DNA from: Octopus vulgaris
Lineage: Eukaryota
Reading direction: 5' to 3'
DNA length: 64,000 nucleotides
Assembly (NCBI GenBank): GCA_951406725.2
Contig: OX597828.1
Location: forward strand, 74,896,001 to 74,960,000
Shown one piece after another: positions 52,985 through 64,000 of this stretch. A program made the translations under genes and the position numbers. The notes beneath the pieces are model-generated. The model was not told where the DNA came from. It worked only from the letters and a program-made list of their open reading frames with translations, and ran no database searches. Within the stretch, counting starts at the first letter, position 1, and every line of letters starts with the position of its first letter.

Positions 52985-53815
52985 ACAATAGCTTACTTTT
53001 ACTTCTGGTCACCAAAATGAAAAACAAAAAACTAAACAAGTGTCTTAGGTGTAAAAAAAAAAAGTGTATTAAACAAATATGAAAACAAAGATTTGCGCTA
53101 ACGAACCTGGATGGGGTGAGGAGAGGACTTTTGGGAAAATTCACAAGATCCGATTTTCCCCCCTCATCACTTTTAGGAAAATGGATATCTTTTGTTGAAA
53201 TTTTATATAAATACCTTTTAAACGGCATAGATTACGATTAGAAAGAAATTTGTGGGGGAATTTTTTTGAAGGGGATGGGAAGAGGACTTTCAAAGAGAGA
53301 GAAATTCATAAATTATTTTTTTGCTTGAGATGTGCTAAAAACAACAGCTTAAATCGCCCTTAACTTTTTTTCCATAGTGAAACCATATTCGACACCGTAT
53401 TTATGAATTTGTTTCTCTCTCCATGATACTTATGATTGTTTTAAAAACCTTTTTCCATTACTCAAACGAAAAATAGATGAATCTAATTTTTTTTTCAAAC
53501 TTGTTTCCATTACACTCAAGCAAAAAAGTCTTCGTAAGTCCCCCCCACCCCGAAAAGATTTTCCCCTCAAATTTCTTTTTGCCGTTTCAAAGGTATTTAT
53601 ATAAAATTTCATAAAAAGATATCCAATTTCCTAAAAGTTATGAGGGAAAAAATCGGATCTTGAGAATTTTCAGGAAGTCCTCTCCTCCCACCATCCCTCT
53701 TCGTTGGCGCATATTTTTGTCTTCATATTCGTCTAATACACATTTTTTTAAACACCTTTTACACTTTGTTTTTTTTTTGTTTTATTTTGGTGACCGCGAA
53801 TCAAAATAAACAATA
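52985..53815. mobile_element. Fold-back element with ~290-bp inverted arms
   Basis: 52985-53292 is the diverged reverse complement of ~53530-53815. Arm relatives occur at ~34500-34790, 35400-35640 and 56575-56800. Confidence 0.7.
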
Positions 53816-54169
53816 ACGTAACTTACTTTTAATATTTTTTAATATTTAAGTTATTTTTCTACACTAAGTACTGGGGGCAATTTGTTCGACCAAAATTCTT
53901 CAGAAAGCTGCCCCAGCATGGCCACAGTTTAATGAGTGAAACCAAGTAAAGAATAAAAGACCTATCACTGTCGTTTTTATTTTAATTGATGCCGCTAATT
54001 GCCAATTCCAAATTCTTGGAACACGATTCCAATAAAATACGAAAATATGAGGATTATATAAAACAAGTATCAGTCCAGTTTCCCTAGATTTCAATAGTTG
54101 CAGGTGAAAATGGAATTATTATATAAAAAAGAATAATACTAAAAATAAATTTCTAATCTAGAAAGTAAA

Positions 54170-54320
54170 TATCTGTCGACGAAGTAAATACGAAACCATG
54201 GCTGTAAAGGTTACTGACTTCCGGTTAGTGAATTTTTTCCTCGTTCTTCATCTTTTGCCGTTTCCGGTGTCGAGAGACAAAAGTTGGGAATCGAGATTCG
54301 TTGCCGTCGTTAATTACTTT
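54170..54320 (+). promoter_or_regulatory. Promoter of the 54393 gene
   Basis: ACTTCCGG (54217) and TTTCCGG (54261) ETS motifs in CpG-rich DNA 130-180 bp before the ATG. Confidence 0.55.
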
Positions 54321-54392
54321 CCACTAATTAATTACCTACACACACACAGCGTTATATATATATATATAGATTAAGATTGTATTTGTTGGGCG

Positions 54393-54735
54393 ATGACGGA
54401 AACGGCTGGAATGCTTTCCATTGGGACTTACGGGGAGAATTCGGACGATGAAAACGATGAGGAAGCCTTGAGCGACGAAGTTGACTCCCCGAGTCACCCT
54501 CAGCATCACCACAACAACACCAACAACAACAACACCATCACACCACCCGGCAAGGACAGCACAGAAGCCGTGGTGGCCGTCGACAATATTTCAGACGATG
54601 AGATTAGACCCGACAGCGAAGACAACAACAACAACAGCAACAATGCCATGAATTCCGTGAAGTCTTCTTTGCTCGATTTCAAAGACAATCGATCGGACGA
54701 CGGAGCGAAAGACTACAAACTAAAGAAAGCCAAAA
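54393..54735 (+). CDS. SAP30BP: Probable SAP30-binding protein, exon 1
   Basis: Acidic ORF MTETAGMLSIGTYGENSDDE... ending in an A|GTAAGT donor. It is CpG-rich with ETS motifs just upstream. The N-terminal LS..TY..SD pattern resembles SAP30BP. The exon is secure, but the identity is tentative because the HCNGP domain is outside the window. Confidence 0.6.
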
Positions 54736-56964
54736 GTAAGTCAAATTATTGCTTTTATAATATTATCTTGTCGTCTTTTATGCTTTTACTCGACATTCTT
54801 TGCCCTCCTGGGGCACAACTCTACCATAAAATAATTTGCTTGGAGCATATTTTCTCTTCTTATTCCATCTTTTTGCCAATCTGGGACATCAATGTCTTTT
54901 AATTATTTTTGTCCACCCGACTATTTTTGTATCTCGGACTTATTGGCATTCCTACAGATGGAGGATCTAAGAAAAGATCCCAGATGGAGACTCCTAGAAT
55001 TGAATAGGAAATTCTTTGGACAATATCGAAAGATGGCCAAAGAGTTTTCACCAAAGAAAACAACCGACTGATTTCTTGTCCTTTTCCCTTCTCCATTCCG
55101 TTCCGAAGGTTCTGGAAAGAGGTACTAAGAGGTAGGTACTACCCTACGATACTCGTACCCTGCTAAGATGTGTAGGAAATATTTTAAAAGATAGAAGGAA
55201 AATAAATGAAGTAAAATTTGCCTTAATTTTTATCGAAATTTCTCAATCAAATTATCGTTGTAAGCCTCGGTAGACACATCGTGGAACTCCTACATGGACG
55301 CTTAACCGGCTAGATATAGCAGCAGTGTCTTCCCCAAACGGCACAAACTGAATAATTAATTATTTCGTTTGTATATTATGGTTTTATGTTTTTTTGTTTC
55401 AATAATTGTTATTGCAATTAAGAAACTATTTTATTTCCCAGTTATTCGAGTGAATAAAATAATATTAAATAAACCGGTGGAGCAATTTCTGGTCACCGTT
55501 ATTCGATGGTGAATTTGACTTCAAAATTTATCGTTCTGTAGCTTGGATGTAAATTTGTTTCACCCCCCACTGCAATCTGAGGTTACCCCCTAAAATAAAA
55601 CCTGTTTTATTTAAATAGTATTTTCTCCAGGCAATCTTTTACTGTATTGTGTTGAAGCAGCTCAGTAAAATTTAAAAAATCGACTCGGCAAAATCGAAAC
55701 GTATCCAAGGATCTTGTGTGGATCTAAATTTACGGAGAAACGAACTTCTTTTCGGAATTTCATTTCTTGCCTAAATAATATATTCTATAGATGAAAATAT
55801 TCAGTAAATACTCTTTCAATGGCGCAGGTAAAGGACATGGAACTTTCGGTTATTGTTTTTAGTTGTTTTTTTTCTACAGAAACCTGCTTTTGTGACTGCG
55901 GGGATTCCGAATCTGCCCCCAAAAAACAAAAAAAAAAACGGCATTTCAAAATTTTAATAGCCCCTACCCCACTTCCCAATTTTTTAAACCTTTTTTAGAA
56001 ATTTTTTTGTGGGGGGGAATACGACTTCCCCCAGACACAATGGAGAATGTGATTCTGAAAAAAAAAAATTTTTGTAAAATTTCAATTTTTCACCCCCTCC
56101 ACTCCGCCTTCTCCACCTTTAAATATCTGAGCCAGATCCAAAAGCTGGATTTTTGGGCGGTGTGTGTTGGGGGCACAGTGCACAAAAAATATGTAAGTAA
56201 AAAATCGGCACAACTTAAATACAGAGGTTCCGTAGGGTTAGGGTAAGTTTTTAGGGACCTCTGTATTTAAGTAGTAGCGAATAATATATTTAAAGAGGGA
56301 AAATCGTCGAAGGATGCCCGAGGGCCGCACTTTATAATCGCTGCATTAGATTGGGACCATAAAGTAAATCTTTCGAAATTTCATTATATTGAATAGGGTT
56401 CTTTTCTTTTTCTTTCATAAATAAAATTTTTAGTATTCCTGTGTTTCATGCAGCGGGAAATACGATTGTGAAAGAAATCTTTTTGGTTAATGTCGACATT
56501 ATTACCCTTTACCCCCAACACCCTTTTTCCGAAGAAAAATAAGGGGTTTGCGGCACATTAGGCATCCGTAATGCAAGCCGTTTAAAAGGGATTTATATAC
56601 AATTTCATTAAAAGGTATCCGTTTTCCTCAAAGGTACGTGGGAAAACTCGGATCTTGTGAATTTTCCGAAGTCCCTTCCCCCCTATCCCCATTGTTTTCG
56701 CCGCATTTTTGTTTTCAGATTCGTTTACTACACCTTTTTTTTGGATTGTATTTTTGATCCCCAATTCTGTGCCCTTTTCTTTCCCCATGAGGTAGTTATG
56801 TTCTTAGAAGTTCAACATGTGTGTGTATTTCAGCCGGCTTTATGTACGGAAGCGTCTGTACATGTCGTCGTCTGTGATTCCGAGTCAGCTTTTCCATTTC
56901 TTCTGTCCTTTTCCTTCCACTCTGATTATTAGAGACATTTTTAATTAGCCACAGGGGCTCATAC

Positions 56965-57374
56965 TCTTACTCTCTTTTTACTTGTTTCAGTCATTTGACT
57001 GCGGTCATGCTGCAGCACCGCCTTTAGTCGAATAAAATCGACCCCAGGACTTATTCTTTGTAAGCCTAGTACTTATTCTATCGGTCTCTTTTTGCCAAAC
57101 CACTAAGTGACGGGGACGTAGACACACCAGCCTCAGTTGTCAAGCAATGGTGGGGAGACAAACACAGACACAAACAAACACATACACACACTCACACATA
57201 TATATACACACGTCAGGTTTCTTTCAGTTTCCGTCTACAAAATCCACTCACAAGGCTTTGGTCAGCCCGAGGCTATGTTAGAAGACATTTGCCCAAGGTG
57301 CCATGTAGTAGGACTGAACCTGGAACCACACGGTTGGGAAGCAAGCTTCTTACCACACAGCCACTCCTGCACCT
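56965..57374 (-). mobile_element. SINE family B
   Basis: Full-length reverse copy. Confidence 0.85.
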
Positions 57375-59533
57375 ATGTGCAATTTTAAATTTATCTTTCC
57401 CATAAATCTTATTAACATGGGATTCTTTCCCCTTCCTGTGTATGTAATTTAAACCAAGAGATGACTGTTTTTAATGCCATCATTTCTGTTTCGGGTTTTG
57501 TGACTGACTTTCAGTCTTGTGTGTAGGCGTAAGAATTTATCATTGCTGCTGGATCAGATTTTGTGGTAATTGCGAGTAGAGCAGGGGGTCACCTGAATCA
57601 GAATCAGGTTGCCTCCCCCAACCCCGCCGGAAGTAATTGGAAATTGATTTCAAAGACTAGGGTGGGTGGCAACCTTGTCGTCTACTGTGTGTATTAAAAT
57701 GTTTAGTAGTCGAACAAATCAACCCCAGAACTCATTTTTTGTTGAGTCTTGTACTTATTCTGTTGGGTTATTTTGCTGAATGCTAATTCACAGGAACATA
57801 AACAAACCATCACTGGTTGTCAAGCAGTGGGTGAGTGAAGGACAAACACAAAGATATACGCACACACCCTCGACAGGCTTCCACACAGTTTTCATTACTT
57901 GCAAGGCATTGGTCGGTCCAGGGCTACAATCCTATAATAAATTCGAATGATGTTTCTCTGTCTGTTTCGTTTTTATGTTTGTTAACTCTTAGACCCTTCA
58001 TGCGAGAGCAAAGAAACTCAAACCAGCAACTCTCCTAATCTCAGGGAATGTCCTAAGGGGATCTGTTTTTTCAAGGGTCGTCTAATTGGGGCCCAACTGC
58101 CTCCCCTCCTATTTTTACTGCATTTTAAACTAAATACATGGCATTCGTGACCAAATTGGAGCAATGGCATTGAATTTCATACCATGAACTCCCAGGGAGT
58201 ATCATCGTAAGGAGGCTCAATTTCTGAAGGGCTGCTTAAATGGGGCTCTGCTGACCTCCCCCTATCCTGTTTTTACTGCATTTACCTCACTCCTACACTT
58301 ATTGATTAAACCATGATCAGCATTTGCAGAAATAAGTTTGAGTATTCTAAATACCTTCACGTACACGTTTCAGGTGCGGTAGTGTGGATATTTATATTTT
58401 GTAGTTTATGAAACCTAGGTTTAGTAGAGTATACTCACCCAAATTACTGTGCTGTGGGACTGAGCCTGAAGCTATATGGTTGCAAGGCGAGGTAAATGAG
58501 GGCTGCTTAGATCTTCTGGCCCATCAAATGTTAATAAGCATTGTCGCATCAATAAATCGTGACATATTCTTTTAATATTAATATAGAGCCAGATTAAGAC
58601 CAACCGATGCCTTAAGCACATCCCAACAATGGTTCCTCCCTTCTCCACTCTGCCATTGTTCAACTGACAAAACATTAACACACAATCCTTTCTATTGTAG
58701 GAACAAGGCCAGAAAGTTTGGAGGAGGGGTCTAGTTCAACACATCGACCCCAGTATTCAACTGGTACTTATTTTATTGACCCTGAAAGGATGAAAGGCAG
58801 AATCGACTACGCTGGAATTTGAACTCAATGTAAAGCTGGAAGATATACAGCTAAGCACTCTGCCGATTCTGCCAGTTTGCCGCTTTCATTATTAAGACAC
58901 AAAATTTACTGTTCTAAATGTGAAATTGTTTTCTTCTCAGCCAGACTCTGCAATTCTTAAATACAACCTGTTTTATGATTTTAATTTATTTCACACTAAA
59001 TAGCAGTAAACAGGTGTTTCATATTGCTTTATGTCTGTTTTTCCAAGGTAGCTTGGCTGAAACAAATGTATCATCCTTATTTAAAACCAAGCAAGAGTTA
59101 ATGATGCCTTTCCTGTTGCTAACCTTCACCTGTTTTTTCTTGTAGGGATCTCTTATTTTATGTCTTCAAAGGCACAATGCCAGCAGACAGGCTGTTGACC
59201 ACAATGTCACCACGTCTAGCAAATCAGTTTTACAAAGAACTACAGCAAATATAAGCAATAATAGACACCTGCATGTCTATATATATAACGTCTGCTTTCC
59301 ATGCTGGCATGGATTGGACGATTTGACATGTAGCTGATTAGCAGGGAGCCATCCAGACTCCAGTTGTTTTTCATAGCATAGATTTTTATGGTTGGATGCT
59401 CTTAATGCCGACCACTTAACAGAGTGTACTGGATGCTTTTTATGTGGCACCGGCACCTGAAAAGACAAGCCTGCATGTATGGAAGAGAGCAATTTTACTT
59501 AGCTTGATGCACCTTATCTATCTATATATCTAT

Positions 59534-59578
<45 letters not shown>

Positions 59579-59581
<3 letters not shown>

Positions 59582-59963
59582 AAGCACTCCGTCGGTTACG
59601 ACGACGAGGGTTCCGGTTGATCCGAATCAACGGAACAGCCTGCTCGTGAAATTAACATGTAAGTGGCTGAGCACTCCACAGACACATGCACCCTTAACGT
59701 AGTTCTCGGGGATATTCAGCGTGACACAGAGAGTGACAAGGCCAGCCCTTTGAAATACAGGTACAACAGAAACAGGAAGTAAGAGTGAGAGAAAGTTGTG
59801 GTGAAAGAGTACAGCAACGATCACCACCATCCCCTGCCAGAGCCTCGTGGAGCTTTAGGTGTTTTCGCTCAATAAACACTCACAACGCCCGGTCTGGGAA
59901 TCGAAACCACGATCCTATGACCGCGAGTCCACTGCTCTAACCACTGGGCCATTGCGCCTCCAC
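59579..59963 (-). mobile_element. tRNA-derived SINE family D
   Basis: Minus-strand head ggaggcgcaatggcccagtggttagagc...gtttcgattcccagaccgggcg with a distinct body, inserted in (TA)n. Confidence 0.85.
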
Positions 59964-61628
59964 ATATATATATATCCTCATTGTCATCATTTCCCACCAT
60001 CCCTGCCTGCCTGCAGTAGAATGTGTATTAACCTGTGATAATTACCTCCATAGCAGGAATCTGTATTATTGGACATTCCTCCTCATGTTATTTTCATCGA
60101 CCATACTCTTCCGTGCTGGTTTAGAGCATGTTGGAAGTGGGTATTGATTAAATTGGGAGCTTTCCTTCTTCTAGATTCGTTGATTTCACTGCAATTAAAC
60201 AGCTCAATCCACTTGTACAAAAATATATTTAATTCCATTGGTGGGACTCTAGCAGGAACTACAGTTCTGGGTCAGAATGGACTTGTGAGTAATGGTAATT
60301 AAGGGTGGACTCTAGGCTCCTTAGAATTCCAGGACATTTGAACCAGAGCCTCACCATCAGACCCAGCTTAATGTCACACCCATAGTGCATATGTGTGTGT
60401 ATATAAATATATATATATATATGTGTGTGCTTGTGTCTCTTTGTGTCTGTTTGTCCCCTGCCACCACTTGACAGCCACTTGGAGTGTTTACATTCCTGTA
60501 ACTTACCAATTTGGCAAAAGAGACTGATAAAATAAGTATGAGGCTTAAAAATATGTACTGGGGTTGGTTCATTCGATTAAAAATTCAAGGTTTTTATCCC
60601 AGCGTGGTCACAGTCTAATGACTGAAACAAGTAAACGATCAGAGAGACACACACTCGTGTATAACTATATATGGCAGGCTCCTTTCAGTTTTCATCTATC
60701 TAATCCATTTACAAAACATTGGTTGGTCTGGGATTATAGGGGAGAACTCTTGCCCCAAGGTGGCATCTATTAAGTAGCAAGTTTCCTTGCCAACAAAATA
60801 TTTAAAAAATAACCTTTACCCCTTTATCATTCGGGTTACTCAATTAAATGTAACGCTTGTTTGTTCACATTGCAATTAATCATGCATTATCTCCTAGCTT
60901 TGAGATTTTGATGATGTCAGCATTCATATCTGGAATGACATTGTAGATTAGGGATTGTAGATTAGGGGTGGAAGGTCAAGTCTGGTTGGCTTGAACATAA
61001 AACAGAATATGTGGGTCGGATGTAATGCTAATGGGTTAAGAATACTCAGAGCTGTGGCTTGGGCTGTTGATGCTCACTGCCCTAAATTCTGCCAAGGATT
61101 TTTCCTAATGGATGTTAGTTATTGGTGTAAAAGCCAAAGAGACACCATTCATCAACTGGCAGTTAATCCTAAGAGAGAAAGAAGAAACAAAGAACAGCTC
61201 CTTCCCTCACTCAGGATGTGGAGGTGTGTGGCTTTGTGGCTAAGGTGTTGGACTCGTGGTTATGCAATTGTCGTTTCAATTCCTGGACCAAATGACACAT
61301 TGTGTTTTTGAGCAAAACACTTCATTTCACGTTGCTCCAGTCATCCACTCACCTGGCAAAAATGAATAACCCTGCGATGGACCGGCGTCCCGTCCAGGTG
61401 GAGAATTTATATGCCAGGGAAACCGCGAAACTGGTCTTTATTGATTTGGTATGACTCAAAAAAGAAACTTGACCTTTTTTATGAACCTTGGCAGGATGAA
61501 AAACAAGTTTCACCCTAGTGGACTTGAACACAGGGCACTGACAAATTAAGTACCAGAAGGTATTCTCTTTTTGTCACTGAAATGAAGTTTAAACTTGGTT
61601 CTCCTTGTCTTCCGTGTTGAGCTTAAAA

Positions 61629-62952
61629 TACAGGGTGTTCAAAAAGTCTCTCCGCACTATGTATTTTATTATAAGACTAGCTGCATAGCCCAGCGTTGCC
61701 CGGGTATGTAAGAGCCCCTAGTAGGCAACGACTAATCCCAATCTAGTCCTTTCCCTCTAGGGAACGAAGGCGCATGCGTAGGTTGCAATGTCTTCTCTTC
61801 ACTCCCAAATAACTATCAAACAACTATCGATAATTCAACCCAACCAATTCCTACCAGGAAGAAATTACATTCGAGACTTTACCCCCAACTTTACCCACTT
61901 CTGCTAATAGCTGCTGCAGCCGCAAGTTATTCGAATACTCTTTTTGTTTAAACTTTACCTTAAATTTTTGACGTACCCTAAGGGTCCTCGGACGCTACTT
62001 GCAAACTCTTGGTTTATTATAAACCGCTTTTGTCGTGTGCATCAAAAAACCTTTTCCATTCGTTTGTTCAGTTTGGTCACTTTTGACTTTTTCGTTGTTG
62101 TCACATTGCTGCCTGCTTATTTGCCGTTTTTGTACATTTTTATACATTTTGGAATACTTACCCCACGTATTCCGAGAGTTAAAAAGGTCGAGTTGCGTCC
62201 CCTAGACAGTCTGTGGTTTGTGTTTAATACACAAATCGGTTTGCTATGTGTGCCACATATGATTTAATTAACCGATTTTTTCCAGTAATAAAGTATCCTA
62301 TTGGAATAAAAAGGGCCATAGAGCTCCTTGGAGCAGACATGATGCTCGCTGTGAATTTAAAAAAAAATTCCTGCCAATTTGTGAAAGATATTGTTGAAAA
62401 TATGTCATCTTGAATTTGAACGCGATTTCCCAAAATGGCATGATTTTATCTAATGGTAAGGTATTGCATGGAAAACTAACGTCAGAATTAAGTTTCTTAG
62501 GGTAACATTAAGCTTCACCATGAGTTTGGTGAACATCGATTGCAAGTTGCGAAAACTACAATAGAAAATGTGTTGCATATAAAAAGCTTAGATTCTCGAC
62601 CCCATGTCGAATTTATCGATTTTCAAAATTTTCGCTGCATTAGTTTTGAATTATGACATTGGGCTATGTGTGTGTCAAGTTTCATCAGAATCGGTTGAAA
62701 GCCATGGTGAGGGTACAACCTGACAGACACACAGACAGACAAACTGCCATTTATATATAGAGAGATGGTATAAGACTACAAAAGAATATATTAGACTTTA
62801 CAAGAGTTTAAAAAAACTTTATAAGAGGTGTTGAAAGTGTTGTTCTTCATTTTCGATACATAACTTGACTCTTCTCCACATGTTTTGAAATACATCCTGA
62901 AGAGTCAGGATGAGAAAAATTCACTGCAGAGAGACTTTTGGAACCCCCTATA
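61629..62952. mobile_element. Tc1-type MITE split by a Helitron
   Basis: TIRs tacagggtgttcaaaaagtctctccgca / tgcagagagacttttggaaccccctata. Confidence 0.7.
61677..62765 (-). mobile_element. Non-autonomous Helitron
   Basis: Minus strand has 5' TC plus (CTGT)n, and a 3' GC hairpin (cccgggcaacgctggg) then CTAG. It is inserted between A and T with no TSD. Confidence 0.8.
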
Positions 62953-62961
62953 CTTTTAAAT

Positions 62962-63207
62962 GGGCCTGGATGTGTGGTTAAGATGCTTGCTTCCCAGCCA
63001 TGTGGTCTTGGGTTTAATCCCAGTGTGTTTGGCACTTTGGAAAAATCTCTTCTACAATAGTCCTGGGCCATTCAAAACCTTGTAAGTAGAACCTTGGGCA
63101 AGTATCTTCTACTGTAGCGTCAGGCTGACCAAAGCTTTGTGAGTGGATTTGGTAGACGAAAAGTGAAAGATGCCCGTTCTAAGTATGTGTGTGTGTATGT
63201 ATGTATG

Positions 63208-63242
<35 letters not shown>

Positions 63243-63445
63243 ATTTATGTCTGTGTTTGTCCCCTCATCACCACTTGCCAGCTGGTGGTGGTGTGTTTAT
63301 GTCCCTGTAACTTAGCAGTTTGGCAAAAGAGGTCGATAGAATAAGTACCAGACTTAACAGAGAAAAAAAAAATACTGAGGTCGATTCACTTAGCTAAAAA
63401 AATTTGTTCAAGGTGGTGCCCCAGCATGGCCGAAACAAGTAAAAA
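62962..63445 (+). mobile_element. SINE family B (with internal duplication)
   Basis: Head, (TA/GT)n and tail present. Confidence 0.75.
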
Positions 63446-63926
63446 CAGAAAAAGATACATACAGACAGACACACGCATATCCCCCCCCCACACACACACA
63501 CAGTTAAGACTAAGGTTTTCTTGAGTTAAGGTTTTTAAAGTGAGAAAGTTAAAACTAGGGGGCAGATGTAAACAAACCCTTTTGTTACCATAGTTCTGTT
63601 GGGGTACATTGCTATGGATTTTGAACATAATGGAAGAATTCAGTAAAGTAACTTAGTCGTTAATAATCTGGTGTTTGGAATATAAATTAGCATAAAATTT
63701 TACTCCAAAGACTTCAGTTGACTTTAAAACAGGAATTATCTATCGTAGAAACTGGAGCACACGCAGGTGGGTTGCTCTGTATGGAAATGGTTTCAGAGGT
63801 CTGTGGAACCCTAATTAGTTCTGCATCTTTGATTTTTCAATGAATTGTTCTTGTTGTTGTTGTGACTCACAGAACTTTACCATTTCCACATTCAGTGACG
63901 TGTGTCCACCTCTTCGTTTTTTGCAG

Positions 63927-64000
63927 CTCGTTTAGTGTCCTATGGCAATGATTTTGAAGATAAAAGTGAATCGGAGAAGGAAGATAGTGATGTCGACCCT
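63927..64000 (+). CDS. SAP30BP: Probable SAP30BP exon 2 (runs off window)
   Basis: ctcttcgttttttgcag acceptor. The phase-1 join gives (T)RLVSYGNDFEDKSESEKEDSDVDP, similar to SAP30BP LVSDAYGEDDF. Confidence 0.6.

Noticed and set aside
54736-54902. C-terminal part of the 169-aa ORF
   Set aside because: Read-through into the intron after the GTAAGT donor; composition changes abruptly. The same applies to 26483-26746 of the G6PD ORF.
61670-62778. Apparent 10-bp TSD tataagacta around the Helitron
   Set aside because: The left copy overlaps the element's CTAG terminus; the host MITE has a pre-existing tataaga repeat and Helitrons make no TSD.

Overview
AT-rich, repeat-dense animal genomic DNA; the SINE families match those I recognise from octopus, which is an inference. 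Three intron-containing protein genes are visible. (1) The first coding exon of G6PD lies on the minus strand (26747-26878); I found no further exon by eye, so the next intron probably exceeds 26 kb. (2) A complete 4-exon TAF11 lies on the plus strand (41101-49337, 383 aa, with a long low-complexity N-terminus), divergent from G6PD. (3) The first two coding exons of a probable SAP30BP lie at 54393-54735 and 63927->64000. The rest is tRNA-derived SINEs, RTE/CR1 LINE relics, mariner and Tigger transposase relics, many MITEs (hAT-, Tc1-, Merlin- and piggyBac-like), Helitrons, a decayed LTR with PBS, and microsatellites. Almost all ORF-track entries are noise. The most interesting signal is a ~380-bp retroelement in two copies (156-548 +, 19627-20002 -). 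It combines an internal tRNA-like Pol III promoter with a minimal type I hammerhead ribozyme and a Penelope-style inverted tail. Decayed hammerheads of other families occur elsewhere. Also notable are a mosaic fold-back duplication beside the TAF11 promoter, long intronic hairpins, and an apparent CpG-retention domain over the gene 5' ends. Everything was read by eye; no searches or folding programs were run.
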